Part shown: piece after piece, positions 9,459 through 18,920 of the stretch
Layout: every line of letters begins with the position of its first letter
How positions within the stretch are numbered: position 1 is the first letter of the stretch
Origin: an uncultured Lentisphaerales bacterium
GTDB taxonomy: Bacteria; Verrucomicrobiota; Lentisphaeria; JABSQK01; UBA12247
DNA: 64,000 nucleotides
Reading direction: 5' to 3'
Assembly: GCA_943788985.1 (NCBI GenBank)
Contig: CALSSJ010000015.1
Location: 64,001 to 128,000, forward strand
The notes under the pieces: generated by a model
What the model was told of the DNA's origin: nothing
Databases searched by the model: none
The model's input: only the letters and a program-made list of their open reading frames with translations
Made by a program: the position numbers and the translations under genes

Positions 9459-9599
9459 GTTTCTTCGCCGTCTCCGCCCCGTTTCCTTGAATACCTCATC
9501 CCGTCAGCGTATCTTGGCTGTATCGGGAAAAAGCAATTTCCTATCAGTTTATCTGGCCGAGAGATTAGTTCCTTACGAGGCCAAACTGATGAATTTGAG

Positions 9600-9730
9600 C
9601 TACGGTCCGGATCGACTTTAAAATTGAAACCTTAATCAAGGTCAAAGCCGCAGCGGGGCGCCCGAAAGACCAGATGGTCTTGCCAATTCTGCGTGAGACC
9701 CTCCGCGAACGAGAGCGCCTCGACGAATAG
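9600..9730 (+). pseudogene. C-terminal fragment of a nucleotidyltransferase-like (TA-type) gene
   Basis: ...KIETLIKVKAAAGRPKDQMVLPILRETLRERERLDE* has an 'LIxxKxAAGRPKD' signature. The 5' part is degraded or cut by the ISCR. Confidence 0.5.
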
Positions 9731-9854
9731 CACATGATTCTTGGACTGCGTGACGCGCTGACTGCTGATATTCTGGACAGCACCCGGCCGGAGTTGACTC
9801 ATGACTAGTGGAGCGAGTTGTGTTCATAATCATTTCGGCGCGGCAACGTGAACT

Positions 9855-11489
9855 CTACTTCGCCGAACTCAAGGGGCGCCACTCGTTCACGTATTCCATC
9901 TTCACGGTGCCGGTATCTGCATCCAGGTATAGCGGCAGGAAGAGAAAGCGAGACTTTTCGATGTCGGACCGGTCGGGGATCCACCATTGGTCGCAGAGGG
10001 CCAGCACGGTGTCGGACTCTTCGAGGTAGATCAGATCGGTCACCTGGGAGTTCCAAGTCCGCTGTTCGCTGATGTCGGCTTGTTTCTTGTAGGGGCCCAG
10101 TGGCGAATCGGCAACCGCGCACTTGGTGTTTGATCCGGCCCAGCCATGGACGCCAGAGGCAACTGCGATGTACTTGCCCTTGTATTTGACCATGGCCGGG
10201 GCTTCACAGCCGCTATCAAAGATCACGACCCCATCTCGATTGCTGGTCAGATAGTCGTCGCTGAGGCTGTCGATACGGATCGCGTAGCGCCAGTTTCCGC
10301 CGGCTTCGGGCTTGTTGTGGTCGCAGTAGATCACATAGCCTTTGCCATCGTCATCCTGGAACACATTCATGTCGGAGCCAAACCCGGTTGAGGTTCCCAT
10401 TTGGCGTGGCCCCAGCGGCGTGAAGGGCCCCTCCGGATGGTCGGCGGTGGCAACCATGAGGAACGAGGCGGGCATGGCCACAAACCAACGATACCACATG
10501 ACATATTTCTTGGTCGTCTCGTTGTATATCACATGCGAACGCCCGGTAGCGCCCAGCTTGCCGAAGCCACGCTCCGGCCGAGGCAGGCAGACGCCCTTGT
10601 ACGTCCAGTTCTTGAGGTCGGTGGAGCGATAGACTTGTACGCCGTTCCATACGGGGCCGGCGGGCATGCGGAACTTGCCCTGTGGGTTATTCGCATAGCT
10701 GCTGCCGTACCAGTAGAAGACGCCATTGAACCGCGCCAACTCGCCTTCGTGCGCCACGATTGGGCGTCCCTCCACGTCTACCCAATCGGTGCCATTGACG
10801 ATGGCTTGGCTGAGGTTCGCAGGCGAGGGCACCTGCTCTCTGGCTTTGTGAAACAGCTCGTCTGGATACATGGCTGCGATCTCCTTCTGGGGTAAGGCTC
10901 GTTTGTATACACGGAAGTCATCCAGCGCCCCGCGGTACGGAGTGCCCCACTTGCCGAGAAACGGCGCGCCGATGCCTGCCTTGACACCTGCAAACTCAAA
11001 TGCGCTCTGCGCGGTGTGGCCCTTCTTGCCATTGAGATACCCGGTCACAGTTCCGTCTGCCGTATAGACCACGGCGACGTGTTGCCAGATGTCCTGCCCA
11101 CTCAGACCGGACACCACGTTGGGCCATGCCTTTGTGTTGAAGACCTGCAGGTGTCCATTGGACAGACGAAGTGCGCCCGACTGGAATGTCAATCCCTCCA
11201 GCTGCGAGAGGATGCGGCCGTCCGCTTGGGCGCCGTTGGGTTTCAACCAGAAGCTCACGGTCGCCGGCGCTTGGAGCCCGAGATCGCCCAAGACCACGCC
11301 CTTGTGACCGACGCTGAAGCAGACCGCGTTGCCAATCATGCCATCACAGGGCCTCAGGTCCGCGCTCTCTGCGAGCTCTTCAAGCGGCCACTGCCGATAG
11401 TCCAGTTCCTCGGCAGCCGCTGCCCCCAGCGACAGGGCTCCTAAAACCATCACGTACGTCAATCCCCTCATTGTACTGCTAGCCAGCAT
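9855..11489 (-). CDS. secreted GH43 glycoside hydrolase (GH43_24-like) with N-terminal LamG/ConA domain
   Basis: Signal-like N-terminus. LamG motifs (WQHVAVVY, GALDDFRVY). GH43 motifs AHEG, FYWYG, YRSTDLKNW, SDMNVFQDDDGKGY, CEAPAM, WNSQ. GGAG precedes ATG 11489. Confidence 0.85.
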   Translation of the reverse strand: MLASSTMRGLTYVMVLGALSLGAAAAEELDYRQWPLEELAESADLRPCDGMIGNAVCFSVGHKGVVLGDLGLQAPATVSFWLKPNGAQADGRILSQLEGLTFQSGALRLSNGHLQVFNTKAWPNVVSGLSGQDIWQHVAVVYTADGTVTGYLNGKKGHTAQSAFEFAGVKAGIGAPFLGKWGTPYRGALDDFRVYKRALPQKEIAAMYPDELFHKAREQVPSPANLSQAIVNGTDWVDVEGRPIVAHEGELARFNGVFYWYGSSYANNPQGKFRMPAGPVWNGVQVYRSTDLKNWTYKGVCLPRPERGFGKLGATGRSHVIYNETTKKYVMWYRWFVAMPASFLMVATADHPEGPFTPLGPRQMGTSTGFGSDMNVFQDDDGKGYVIYCDHNKPEAGGNWRYAIRIDSLSDDYLTSNRDGVVIFDSGCEAPAMVKYKGKYIAVASGVHGWAGSNTKCAVADSPLGPYKKQADISEQRTWNSQVTDLIYLEESDTVLALCDQWWIPDRSDIEKSRFLFLPLYLDADTGTVKMEYVNEWRPLSSAK

Positions 11490-11529
11490 GCTACTATTCT
11501 CCACCAAAGTTCGTGATGCGCTGGGAATG

Positions 11530-11651
11530 GTAGGTTGGGCCTCCGAGCCCGACCATTCGTGCAACCAGCTATGGAGTCGGGCTCGGAGGCCCAACCGACT
11601 TATACCATTCGTGTAACCAGCTATGGAGTCGGGCTCGGAGGCCCAACCTAC
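11530..11651. repeat. GTAG-type REP cluster (REPIN-like)
   Basis: GTAGGTTGGGCCTCCGAGCCCGAC at 11530-11553, its exact inverse at 11628-11651, and a partial inverse at 11576-11596 from a ~52-bp tandem duplication. Confidence 0.8.
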
Positions 11652-11673
11652 CTACCCGACGCTCGGACTCCCA

Positions 11674-12942
11674 TCACAGCTCGTATTGCGGAACGGTCAT
11701 CCACTCGCCGTCCTTCTGCGCTGATTTATGGGCAATGACGCCTGCCAGGGTCATGTTCAGCGCTGAGCTGATATCGACGATCGGTTTTTGATCCAGCAGG
11801 ATGGACTCGATGAAATTGCTGGTCAGGTGGCCGTGAGAGCCGCCATGGTGGCCTGCTGGCACACCAGGGGGTAACGCGGGGCGAGCCGTATTCACGGCTT
11901 TCGTGTTCTGGTCCTTTTGGCCATACACACGCCCTTTCTCACCGTGGGCATTCTTCATATCCCAACTGCCAGCCATCCGAGAAATGCCGCCCTCGCTGGT
12001 TTTTAGCAGCGCGATCTCCGTGCCGAAGGTGTTGTTATGGGCGTTTTCGCCTTTCTGAAACTCGGTGTAAAGCCCAGGCGTGCCGACGCAGGAGACATCT
12101 GTAAGACGCCCACCATCAGCGACTGAGACATAGTACGCGGTGGCATGGGTCGGGTACCACATCGGCGGAAGGCCTCTCCGCCAGCCATGGCCGTCGATCT
12201 TGCCGTTCTTGGGGTTGAAACTGGGGATCCCGCGGGGGCTGAAGTCGTGGTAATACTCGCCCTCTGAATAGAGAATCTTGCCCAAGATCCCGGCCTGGTA
12301 CTGCATTCTCCACGAGTAGCAATCCGCATGAAATGTGGAGGTTTCGTTCATCATGTAGGTCATGCCGCTCTTCTTGACGGCATTGAATAGATCCTCAGCC
12401 TCATCTTCGGCTTCAAAGCCAAACACAGCGGGGACCGCGGAGCAAACATGCTTGCCGTGCTCCAAAGCCATGATGGCCAATCGCGCGTGACTCGGAGCGT
12501 CGGTCGCGATATAGACCGCCTCAATGCTCTTGTCCTTGATCATCTCCTCGCAGGAAGCGTAGGTCTTCTTGGCGCCCACTGCTTTGGCCAAGGCGGCGCA
12601 GCGCTGCGGGTCAAGGTCGGTCGCAGCAACCACCTCTACGTTGGGATGGTCCTGATAACAGAACATCGCCCCAAACTTGCAGAGCCCGTAGCCAGCAATG
12701 CCCACCTTGATCTTGCGATCGGACTTCTGCTCCCACTTGTCGGTATTTCTCGCGGTCACCTGGTTCGGCTGTTCTGGATCATCGCCAAATCCGGGAATCA
12801 CGTTGCCAGCGGCATCGCGCGGCAAGTCATCGGCTGCATGCAGCGAACTCGCGGCTGACAAGGCGCCCAAGGCAGCCGCGCTGGCACCCATTCCTTGAAT
12901 GAAGTGACGGCGACTCAGAGTTGAAGGGGTGTTGTTTTCCAT
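11674..12942 (-). CDS. Tat-exported Gfo/Idh/MocA family oxidoreductase
   Basis: Twin-arginine signal SRRHFIQG, IKVGIAGYG, EAVYIAT, ALEHGKHVCSAVP, EGEYYH, HGGSH. Confidence 0.9.
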   Translation of the reverse strand: MENNTPSTLSRRHFIQGMGASAAALGALSAASSLHAADDLPRDAAGNVIPGFGDDPEQPNQVTARNTDKWEQKSDRKIKVGIAGYGLCKFGAMFCYQDHPNVEVVAATDLDPQRCAALAKAVGAKKTYASCEEMIKDKSIEAVYIATDAPSHARLAIMALEHGKHVCSAVPAVFGFEAEDEAEDLFNAVKKSGMTYMMNETSTFHADCYSWRMQYQAGILGKILYSEGEYYHDFSPRGIPSFNPKNGKIDGHGWRRGLPPMWYPTHATAYYVSVADGGRLTDVSCVGTPGLYTEFQKGENAHNNTFGTEIALLKTSEGGISRMAGSWDMKNAHGEKGRVYGQKDQNTKAVNTARPALPPGVPAGHHGGSHGHLTSNFIESILLDQKPIVDISSALNMTLAGVIAHKSAQKDGEWMTVPQYEL

Positions 12943-13346
12943 GGATCTGATCCTTTGTTGGACTGGTTTTGAGTTAGGGATTGCTGAGCAACCCAGGAGG
13001 ACACATGGCTCTAATTTCCGTGGCGCTGAGCGCCAAGAACGTTCGTCCCACGACGGATGATAGAAACCCGAGCGATCATGTAGCTCCTTGCAATTTCGAT
13101 TTGATTTCAGATACAAATACACACAGCTGTTCGGGAGGACACGCTCAAGTATCCGCTTTATTGCAGCAAAAAAGCGAGATGAGCTTTGCTCGGCGCCGTA
13201 CGAAAACGTTCCACTCTCGCGTGGTCCTGGCGCTGCTCCGGGCCAGCGGAGCTGTACGGAAGTAACATACCCGCGAGTCCATTGCTGAACGCGGGATGGC
13301 GAGTACGGTATAGCTATCGCATTGACACCAGCATCGCAGGCACGCC

Positions 13347-15026
13347 ATGCCCTCATTTAGAACAGGAACAGACGACTTCAAGAAGCTACGGGACCAGGGT
13401 GGGTACTTCGTCGACAAATCCCCTCTGATTCGCTCTGTCCTGGATAGCAGTGAAGTGACGTTAATTCCGCGCCCGCGGCGCTTTGGCAAGACGCTGCATA
13501 TGACCATGCTGCGCTACTTCTTCGAAAAATCGGCAGAAGACCGACGGCCGCTGTTTGACGGCTTGGCGATCACAGACGATACCGATGCGATGGGCCATCA
13601 GGGCCAATACCCGGTGATCTACCTTAGCTTGAAGGATATCAAAGGAGCATCTTGGGAGGTAGCGCAGGACAAACTTCTTGAGCGCCTCTCAGCCTTGCAT
13701 AAGCGCCACGACTTTCTGCTTGATACCCTTGCTACGGATGACAGAGAATCTTATGAGAAGGTAATAGCCCGATGCGGCTCCATAGCAGACAACGAATTGA
13801 GCCTCAAGAAGCTGATTGCCCACCTTCAGGCCTATCATAATCAGCCAGTCGTCGTGTTGATTGATGAATACGACTCACCCGTAATTGAGGCGTGGCGTAA
13901 CGGCTACTATGACGAGATGATTGCGTTCATGCGCAGCTGGCTGGGCGGCGGCCTCAAGCATGAAGAGGGCGGTGCCCTATTCCGTGGCGTTGTGACCGGC
14001 ATCCTGCGCGTGGCACGTGAGTCCATCTTCTCAGGGCTCAACAACCTTGATGTCGCCAGCCTCCTGAGCAGCGGGCCTTTCGCTGACAAGTTCGGCTTTA
14101 CCGAGCCAGAACTGGCGCAGGTCTTAACAGACTTTGATGCAGAGGACTTGGCTGGACCGATGCGCGAGTGGTACAACGGCTATCAATTTGGCCCCCACAC
14201 CATCTATAACCCGTGGTCTGTCATCTGTGCGATCTCCAAGCGTCCGGATCCAATCGGTCCGCACTGGCTCAACACCGCGTCAAACGACCTGATCTACGCG
14301 GAACTGGAATCCGGCGGTCTGCCGCTGAAACGCGAGCTGGAGCAGTTACTTGCTGGTGAGGAACTGCGTCGTGAACTGCACGAACACACCATCTTCAGCG
14401 ATGTTGGCAAGAGCGCCGAGCACATCTGGAGCTTTCTGGTCTTCTCCGGCTACCTGAAGGCAACCGACCCGCAGCCCGATCCCCGGCGCCCCACGCGACA
14501 GCGCTATCACCTCAGCATTCCGAATCTCGAAGTCAGCATTGCCTTCGAGCAGTTTGTCGAGCATTGGCACCGCTCGCTGTCCTTTACCGCGACCGAGCAA
14601 CTGCTTGACGTTCTTTTGGATAGCAACTGGCCGAGACTACAAGATCTGCTCAGTGAACTGGCCGCACGGCTGCTCAGCTGTCACGACGTAGCCAAACTGC
14701 CCGAAGCTGTGTTTCACGCTTTTGTGCTCGGCCTTTTGGCGCACCTGCGCCAGATCTACGAAATCCGGTCCAATGTCGAAAGCGGCTATGGCCGCGCCGA
14801 TATCCTGATGCGTCCCAAGACCGTTGCCTATCCGCTGGCCTTCATCATCGAGTTTAAAGCAATCAAGGGCGATGCGGACTCCGCAATCGCGACCACCGAA
14901 GCTCTGGCCCAGATCGAATCCCGCGACTACGAAGCCAGTCTTCTCGAAGCTGGCGTCTCTCCGGAGCACATCCGCAAGCTTGCCATCGTCGTGGCTGGCA
15001 AGCACGTCACCGTCACACAGGGATGA
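13347..15026 (+). CDS. AAA-ATPase-like protein with C-terminal PD-(D/E)XK nuclease (DUF1703-type)
   Basis: YFVDKS, RPRRFGKT, LIDEYD, TGIL, SGLNN, WYNGY, YNPWS and ESGYGRADI...IIEFK. Confidence 0.9.
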   Translation: MPSFRTGTDDFKKLRDQGGYFVDKSPLIRSVLDSSEVTLIPRPRRFGKTLHMTMLRYFFEKSAEDRRPLFDGLAITDDTDAMGHQGQYPVIYLSLKDIKGASWEVAQDKLLERLSALHKRHDFLLDTLATDDRESYEKVIARCGSIADNELSLKKLIAHLQAYHNQPVVVLIDEYDSPVIEAWRNGYYDEMIAFMRSWLGGGLKHEEGGALFRGVVTGILRVARESIFSGLNNLDVASLLSSGPFADKFGFTEPELAQVLTDFDAEDLAGPMREWYNGYQFGPHTIYNPWSVICAISKRPDPIGPHWLNTASNDLIYAELESGGLPLKRELEQLLAGEELRRELHEHTIFSDVGKSAEHIWSFLVFSGYLKATDPQPDPRRPTRQRYHLSIPNLEVSIAFEQFVEHWHRSLSFTATEQLLDVLLDSNWPRLQDLLSELAARLLSCHDVAKLPEAVFHAFVLGLLAHLRQIYEIRSNVESGYGRADILMRPKTVAYPLAFIIEFKAIKGDADSAIATTEALAQIESRDYEASLLEAGVSPEHIRKLAIVVAGKHVTVTQG

Positions 15027-15357
15027 TCAGCCTCCTTCTCCTCCTCTCGCTCGTCCTCCCCTTCTTGGCCGCTCAATCGTACGACGCAAATCCCTTTGCG
15101 TCGCAAGACTTCTCAGAAATAGACGCATGGGGACAAGCGTCCTACGATCTTGCCAGCGTTGCGGGCTCCGCACCACCCATGACAACGTTCTCCGAAGTGG
15201 ATGCTGGCATGAGTGAGACTGTCACGGCCCCAGTGCATTCGGCCACTCGCACCTACAAAGGTAGGGGCGGTCGAAAACAAGTTCTCAGCGACGCCGATGA
15301 CCTTGATGCGGCACTTCTTCTTGACGAAGCCGATCTCCACAGAGCTAAGGGGGTGTT

Positions 15358-15750
15358 GTGGTGGATTTTTTGGCAGCGATATCCAGTAGACCTATTGTAA
15401 GCAGAGGTATCGAAGTTGAAGCAGACGATGAATTTCAGGAGTACAAGGAACTCGGTTTCGGCCTTTGCTACGAATCGGGCGTCCTGCACCAAGTTGCCCT
15501 TCATTCAGGTCTGGGCGACAGCTCCTACGCAAGGTACGAGCGAGAACTCATTCATGGCGTGGTCTTCGGCTATTCGGAAGACGATGTGAGACAGGAAATG
15601 GGCTCCCCAGTTTTCGAAGGCGGGGGGAATAGCGGGTTCTTTGGCAAGGTTCTCCGCTGGATCAAGTACAAGCGGGGAAGCCATACCATCCACTTCGAAT
15701 TCGGGGAGATGGGCAAGGGCTTGCAGACGGTTACTCTTGGCCTGGTCTGA
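15358..15750 (+). CDS. hypothetical protein, possible polymorphic-toxin immunity protein
   Basis: 130-aa acidic beta-rich ORF (G.S.DDV...MG.P...G...WIKY...HFEF) following a toxin-tip-like fragment. Start uncertain. Confidence 0.5.
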   Translation: MVDFLAAISSRPIVSRGIEVEADDEFQEYKELGFGLCYESGVLHQVALHSGLGDSSYARYERELIHGVVFGYSEDDVRQEMGSPVFEGGGNSGFFGKVLRWIKYKRGSHTIHFEFGEMGKGLQTVTLGLV

Positions 15751-16194
15751 CGGCTAGAACCGCTGCGCTTGCTAAGGGACAAAATTTCGTTCTCGGTCAA
15801 CGGCCGCCGCAGTGCTCTGGTGCGGAGCTGTCCGGCTGGCCCAGCCTGTCGCCGACGCCCCGTTGCCTTCGGCTGTCTCGCAGCCGACGCGGAGCAAGAC
15901 GGCCGAAGGCAACCTCGGCTGCCAGGCATAAGAAGGAGCATGCTCCGGACTTCGCCTGAGATGCTGGTCTTATGCCAACGCCTGCGGGGCCAGCGGCCTC
16001 CTGCTTACCTGACGGATCGGCATGGCCATACGCGCAGTGAGCACACGAAGCACGGTCAGTTAGCCGCCATTATCTTGCGAAAAACCGATCCTCGCGACTT
16101 CGTGACAAGATCCCGCCTCGGTGACTCGGAATAGACTTGAAATCCGCCATGAGTGGCATATATATAGTTCTTAACCGCATAGTAGGATCTTTAT

Positions 16195-16515
16195 ATGACA
16201 CAATTCCCCCAGGAAGTCCATGAGCGGCTTCGCTTGTATGGCGAGCGGATTAAGACGGCACGTGTCCGCCGGCGCTGGAGTCAGGCGAGTCTGGCCGAGC
16301 GCATCGGTGTCGAACGACGGAGTGTGATTCGTCTGGAGAGAGGGGATGCCGGCGTTGCTTCGGGAGTGCTGCTGGCAGCGCTGTGGGTGCTGGGGCTTTG
16401 GGAAACGACAAAAGCGGTCGCGGATCCCGCGGCCGACCAGGCCGGAATTTTTCTTGAGAAACAGCGCGAACCCAAGCGTGTGGGAACGAAGCACCGCCCC
16501 GAATTGGATTTCTGA
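16195..16515 (+). CDS. XRE-family HTH protein, HipB-like antitoxin
   Basis: ARVRRRWSQASLAERIGVERRSVIRLERGD. TGATG coupling to hipA. Confidence 0.85.
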   Translation: MTQFPQEVHERLRLYGERIKTARVRRRWSQASLAERIGVERRSVIRLERGDAGVASGVLLAALWVLGLWETTKAVADPAADQAGIFLEKQREPKRVGTKHRPELDF

Positions 16516-17747
16516 TGGTTGCGACGAAATTGTACGTGTTTTGCTATCTTCCTGGTGCTTTACGGGCAACACCGGCAGGCCTGTTTACACATGAGGATGG
16601 CATCCGGGTCGGGACGTTTGCCTATGGCCGACGGTATCTCGAACGGCAGGAGGCAGTGCCGGTCGATCCGGTTGCTCTGCCGCTGGGGTTGGAACCACTG
16701 CCAGTGACAACCAACGGCGGGCTCTATGGGGCATTTCGGGATGCCTCGCCGGATTACTGGGGACGGCTGGTAATCGCATCCTGTATCGGGCGTCCCGCGG
16801 ACTCTATGTCCGAGGTTGATTTCCTGACACATGCCAATGCCACTCGCGCTGGGAATCTGGATTTCAGGCCAGCGCTTGATTCTCCTGAACCAGTTCTAGA
16901 ACCCCCTGCGTTTCAGGAATTGTCTCAGCTGTTGGCAGCAGCCGCGGCGATCGAAGACGGCGGCCAGGTCGACACTCACACGCGTGCAATGTTCGAGCAG
17001 GGGACCAGTCTGGGCGGCGCTCGCCCCAAGTGCACCGTAACGTTAGACGGTGAGCTATGGCTGGCAAAATTTCCTTCTCGCTATGATCGCTTTGACCTGC
17101 CGAGAGCGGAGTTTGCGACGATGAAACTGGCCGAGAAATGCGGCATGCACGTTCCTGAGACCCGACTTGAGATGATCGGGCGGCATGCCGTGTTTCTGAC
17201 CAAGCGCTTCGACCGAGAGGCAGTAGAGGGCGGTTGGGCACGGCGTGCCTATCTCAGCGCACTGAGCCTGGCGGAGTGGGATGAACGAGATCGCCACCTG
17301 TGGTCCTACAGCAGGCTTGCCGAGAGAATGCGCCAGTATTCAGGCAGTGTGTCTGCCGATTTGGAGGAGCTGTTTCGACGAATCGCTTTCAATATCCTGG
17401 TTCGGAATACCGATGATCACCCACGCAATCACGGATTCCTTGCGCAGAACGATGGGGTGCGACTTGCGCCGCTGTTTGATGTGGAGCCTTCTATGGCTCA
17501 GCCAGGTGTTAGCACCGAGTTTTCTCTCGCCATGAGCGTGGGGCCAACAGGCCGCCTGGGGAGCCTGAGCAACCTGTGCGCAGACGCCCGCGTGTACAAT
17601 CTGACGCGCTCAGCGGCGGAAAAGCTGTGCGACGAACTCCGTGATGCCGTAGCAAACTCCTGGGAAAAGATATTTGCAGACTGTGGTATTGGCAAAACCG
17701 AGCAGGACGCGTTCGCGCCGACGTTCGAAGGCGTCAGGCACCGCTAA
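16515..17747 (+). CDS. hipA: HipA-family toxin kinase
   Basis: DASPDYWGR, GTSLGGARPK, LAKFPS, KRFDR, NTDDHPRNHGF, LAPLFDV. Confidence 0.9.
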   Translation: MVATKLYVFCYLPGALRATPAGLFTHEDGIRVGTFAYGRRYLERQEAVPVDPVALPLGLEPLPVTTNGGLYGAFRDASPDYWGRLVIASCIGRPADSMSEVDFLTHANATRAGNLDFRPALDSPEPVLEPPAFQELSQLLAAAAAIEDGGQVDTHTRAMFEQGTSLGGARPKCTVTLDGELWLAKFPSRYDRFDLPRAEFATMKLAEKCGMHVPETRLEMIGRHAVFLTKRFDREAVEGGWARRAYLSALSLAEWDERDRHLWSYSRLAERMRQYSGSVSADLEELFRRIAFNILVRNTDDHPRNHGFLAQNDGVRLAPLFDVEPSMAQPGVSTEFSLAMSVGPTGRLGSLSNLCADARVYNLTRSAAEKLCDELRDAVANSWEKIFADCGIGKTEQDAFAPTFEGVRHR

Positions 17748-17763
17748 TAGCCCTGGCTTTGGC

Positions 17764-18360
17764 TCATTTGGCGTTGAGTCTCGCGCCGACGGCACCGCCG
17801 GGATGGATTACGGCGAACTGCTCGTTCTGAAAGCCCGTTTGCTCGATGAGGGCGGCTTGCAAGGCATCGAAGATGGCTGAGAGAACGACGAAGCTGGTCG
17901 TGCCCTGACTGTTGTATTTATCGGTCTCACGCTCGACATGCATCTTGAGCACAATGTCCGCCCCTTGGGCCAGCGGTGACTCGGTGTTCTCAGTGATCCC
18001 AATGACGGTTACATCCTTATGCTGGCAGATCTCAAGGATCGGCAACAGCTCGGCGGTTTTGCCGCCACGAGACGCGAGGATCATGACGTCGCCCTGCTTG
18101 AGGAAGCCGCTGGCACCATGCAGGGCTTCGGCCGGGGAGATAAACCGAGCTGGCAGTTCGATGCAGCACATCAGATGGGCAAAGTGTTGGCAGGCAATCC
18201 CCGAATGGCCACAGCCGCTGGCCCCAATTCGCACGGCGTTTGCCAGAACGGTGACAGCCCGCTCAAAGGAAGATCTGTCGAGGAACTCCAGGGCGCGCAT
18301 CAGCGCAGAGGACTCAATCGCAAACGAGTCCTCTGCCTGCTTCCAAATGCCGTCTTTCAC
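17764..18360 (-). CDS. SIS-domain sugar-phosphate isomerase (KpsF/GutQ-like, no CBS)
   Basis: GCGHSG, EALHG, ASRGGKTAEL, HPGGAVG. Confidence 0.85.
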   Translation of the reverse strand: MKDGIWKQAEDSFAIESSALMRALEFLDRSSFERAVTVLANAVRIGASGCGHSGIACQHFAHLMCCIELPARFISPAEALHGASGFLKQGDVMILASRGGKTAELLPILEICQHKDVTVIGITENTESPLAQGADIVLKMHVERETDKYNSQGTTSFVVLSAIFDALQAALIEQTGFQNEQFAVIHPGGAVGARLNAK

Positions 18361-18363
18361 CAG

Positions 18364-18900
18364 TTACTCCCCGATGACCTGTACTTGGCAGGTGCGCTTT
18401 CTTGCCCGCACCTGGTCCCAGTCGATAAAGTAGATGAAGCCGAACTCGCCCAGTTGCAGCTCGCCATCGACAATGAGAATCGTCTCGGAGCGCCCAAAGA
18501 AACAAGAGCGCAGGTGCGCTTCGGTATTGAGGCTGGTCCATTCGCCTTCTTCGGTGCCAAGGCTCATGGCAAAATCGATATGCTCTTTGCCAGGATGCAT
18601 GTATTGGCCTTCTGCCCGGCAGGTGGGGATCAGCTTCTCCATGATGTTGCACAGGTCCTGCTGCAAGAATTCAAGGCCGAAGTAGGTCTTGTCGTGCGAG
18701 CATTCCTGGGTCATCACCGAGCAGGTGGTGTGGTGGGAGTAGACCACGATGTTGCCATGGGTGACGCCGGTGCCAGCCACCATTTCTTTGACGTCCGCCG
18801 TGATATCGTGGAAGGTGGGATTCAGCCCCTTGGACTGCAGTTCAATCTTCTCGGTTACGATCTTCATGTGGTTCTTCCGGTTCTTCGTGTTCTGTGTCAT
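18364..18900 (-). CDS. yjbQ: YjbQ/UPF0047 family protein (paralogue B)
   Basis: HDIT, SHHTTCSV, NTEAHLRS, GELQLG, IYFIDWD. Alternative start at 18867. Confidence 0.85.
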   Translation of the reverse strand: MTQNTKNRKNHMKIVTEKIELQSKGLNPTFHDITADVKEMVAGTGVTHGNIVVYSHHTTCSVMTQECSHDKTYFGLEFLQQDLCNIMEKLIPTCRAEGQYMHPGKEHIDFAMSLGTEEGEWTSLNTEAHLRSCFFGRSETILIVDGELQLGEFGFIYFIDWDQVRARKRTCQVQVIGE

Positions 18901-18920
18901 GGGGAGGGCAGGGGAGGGCG

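Larger units (their letters stand above)
7275..9549 (+). mobile_element. ISCR/IS91-family rolling-circle element plus captured upstream DNA, copy 1 (2275-bp direct repeat)
   Basis: Matches 30448-32722 at offset 23173, with one difference noticed (8260 G vs 31433 C). Ends in AAAGCAATTTCCTATC, which resembles the ISCR oriIS. Confidence 0.9.
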
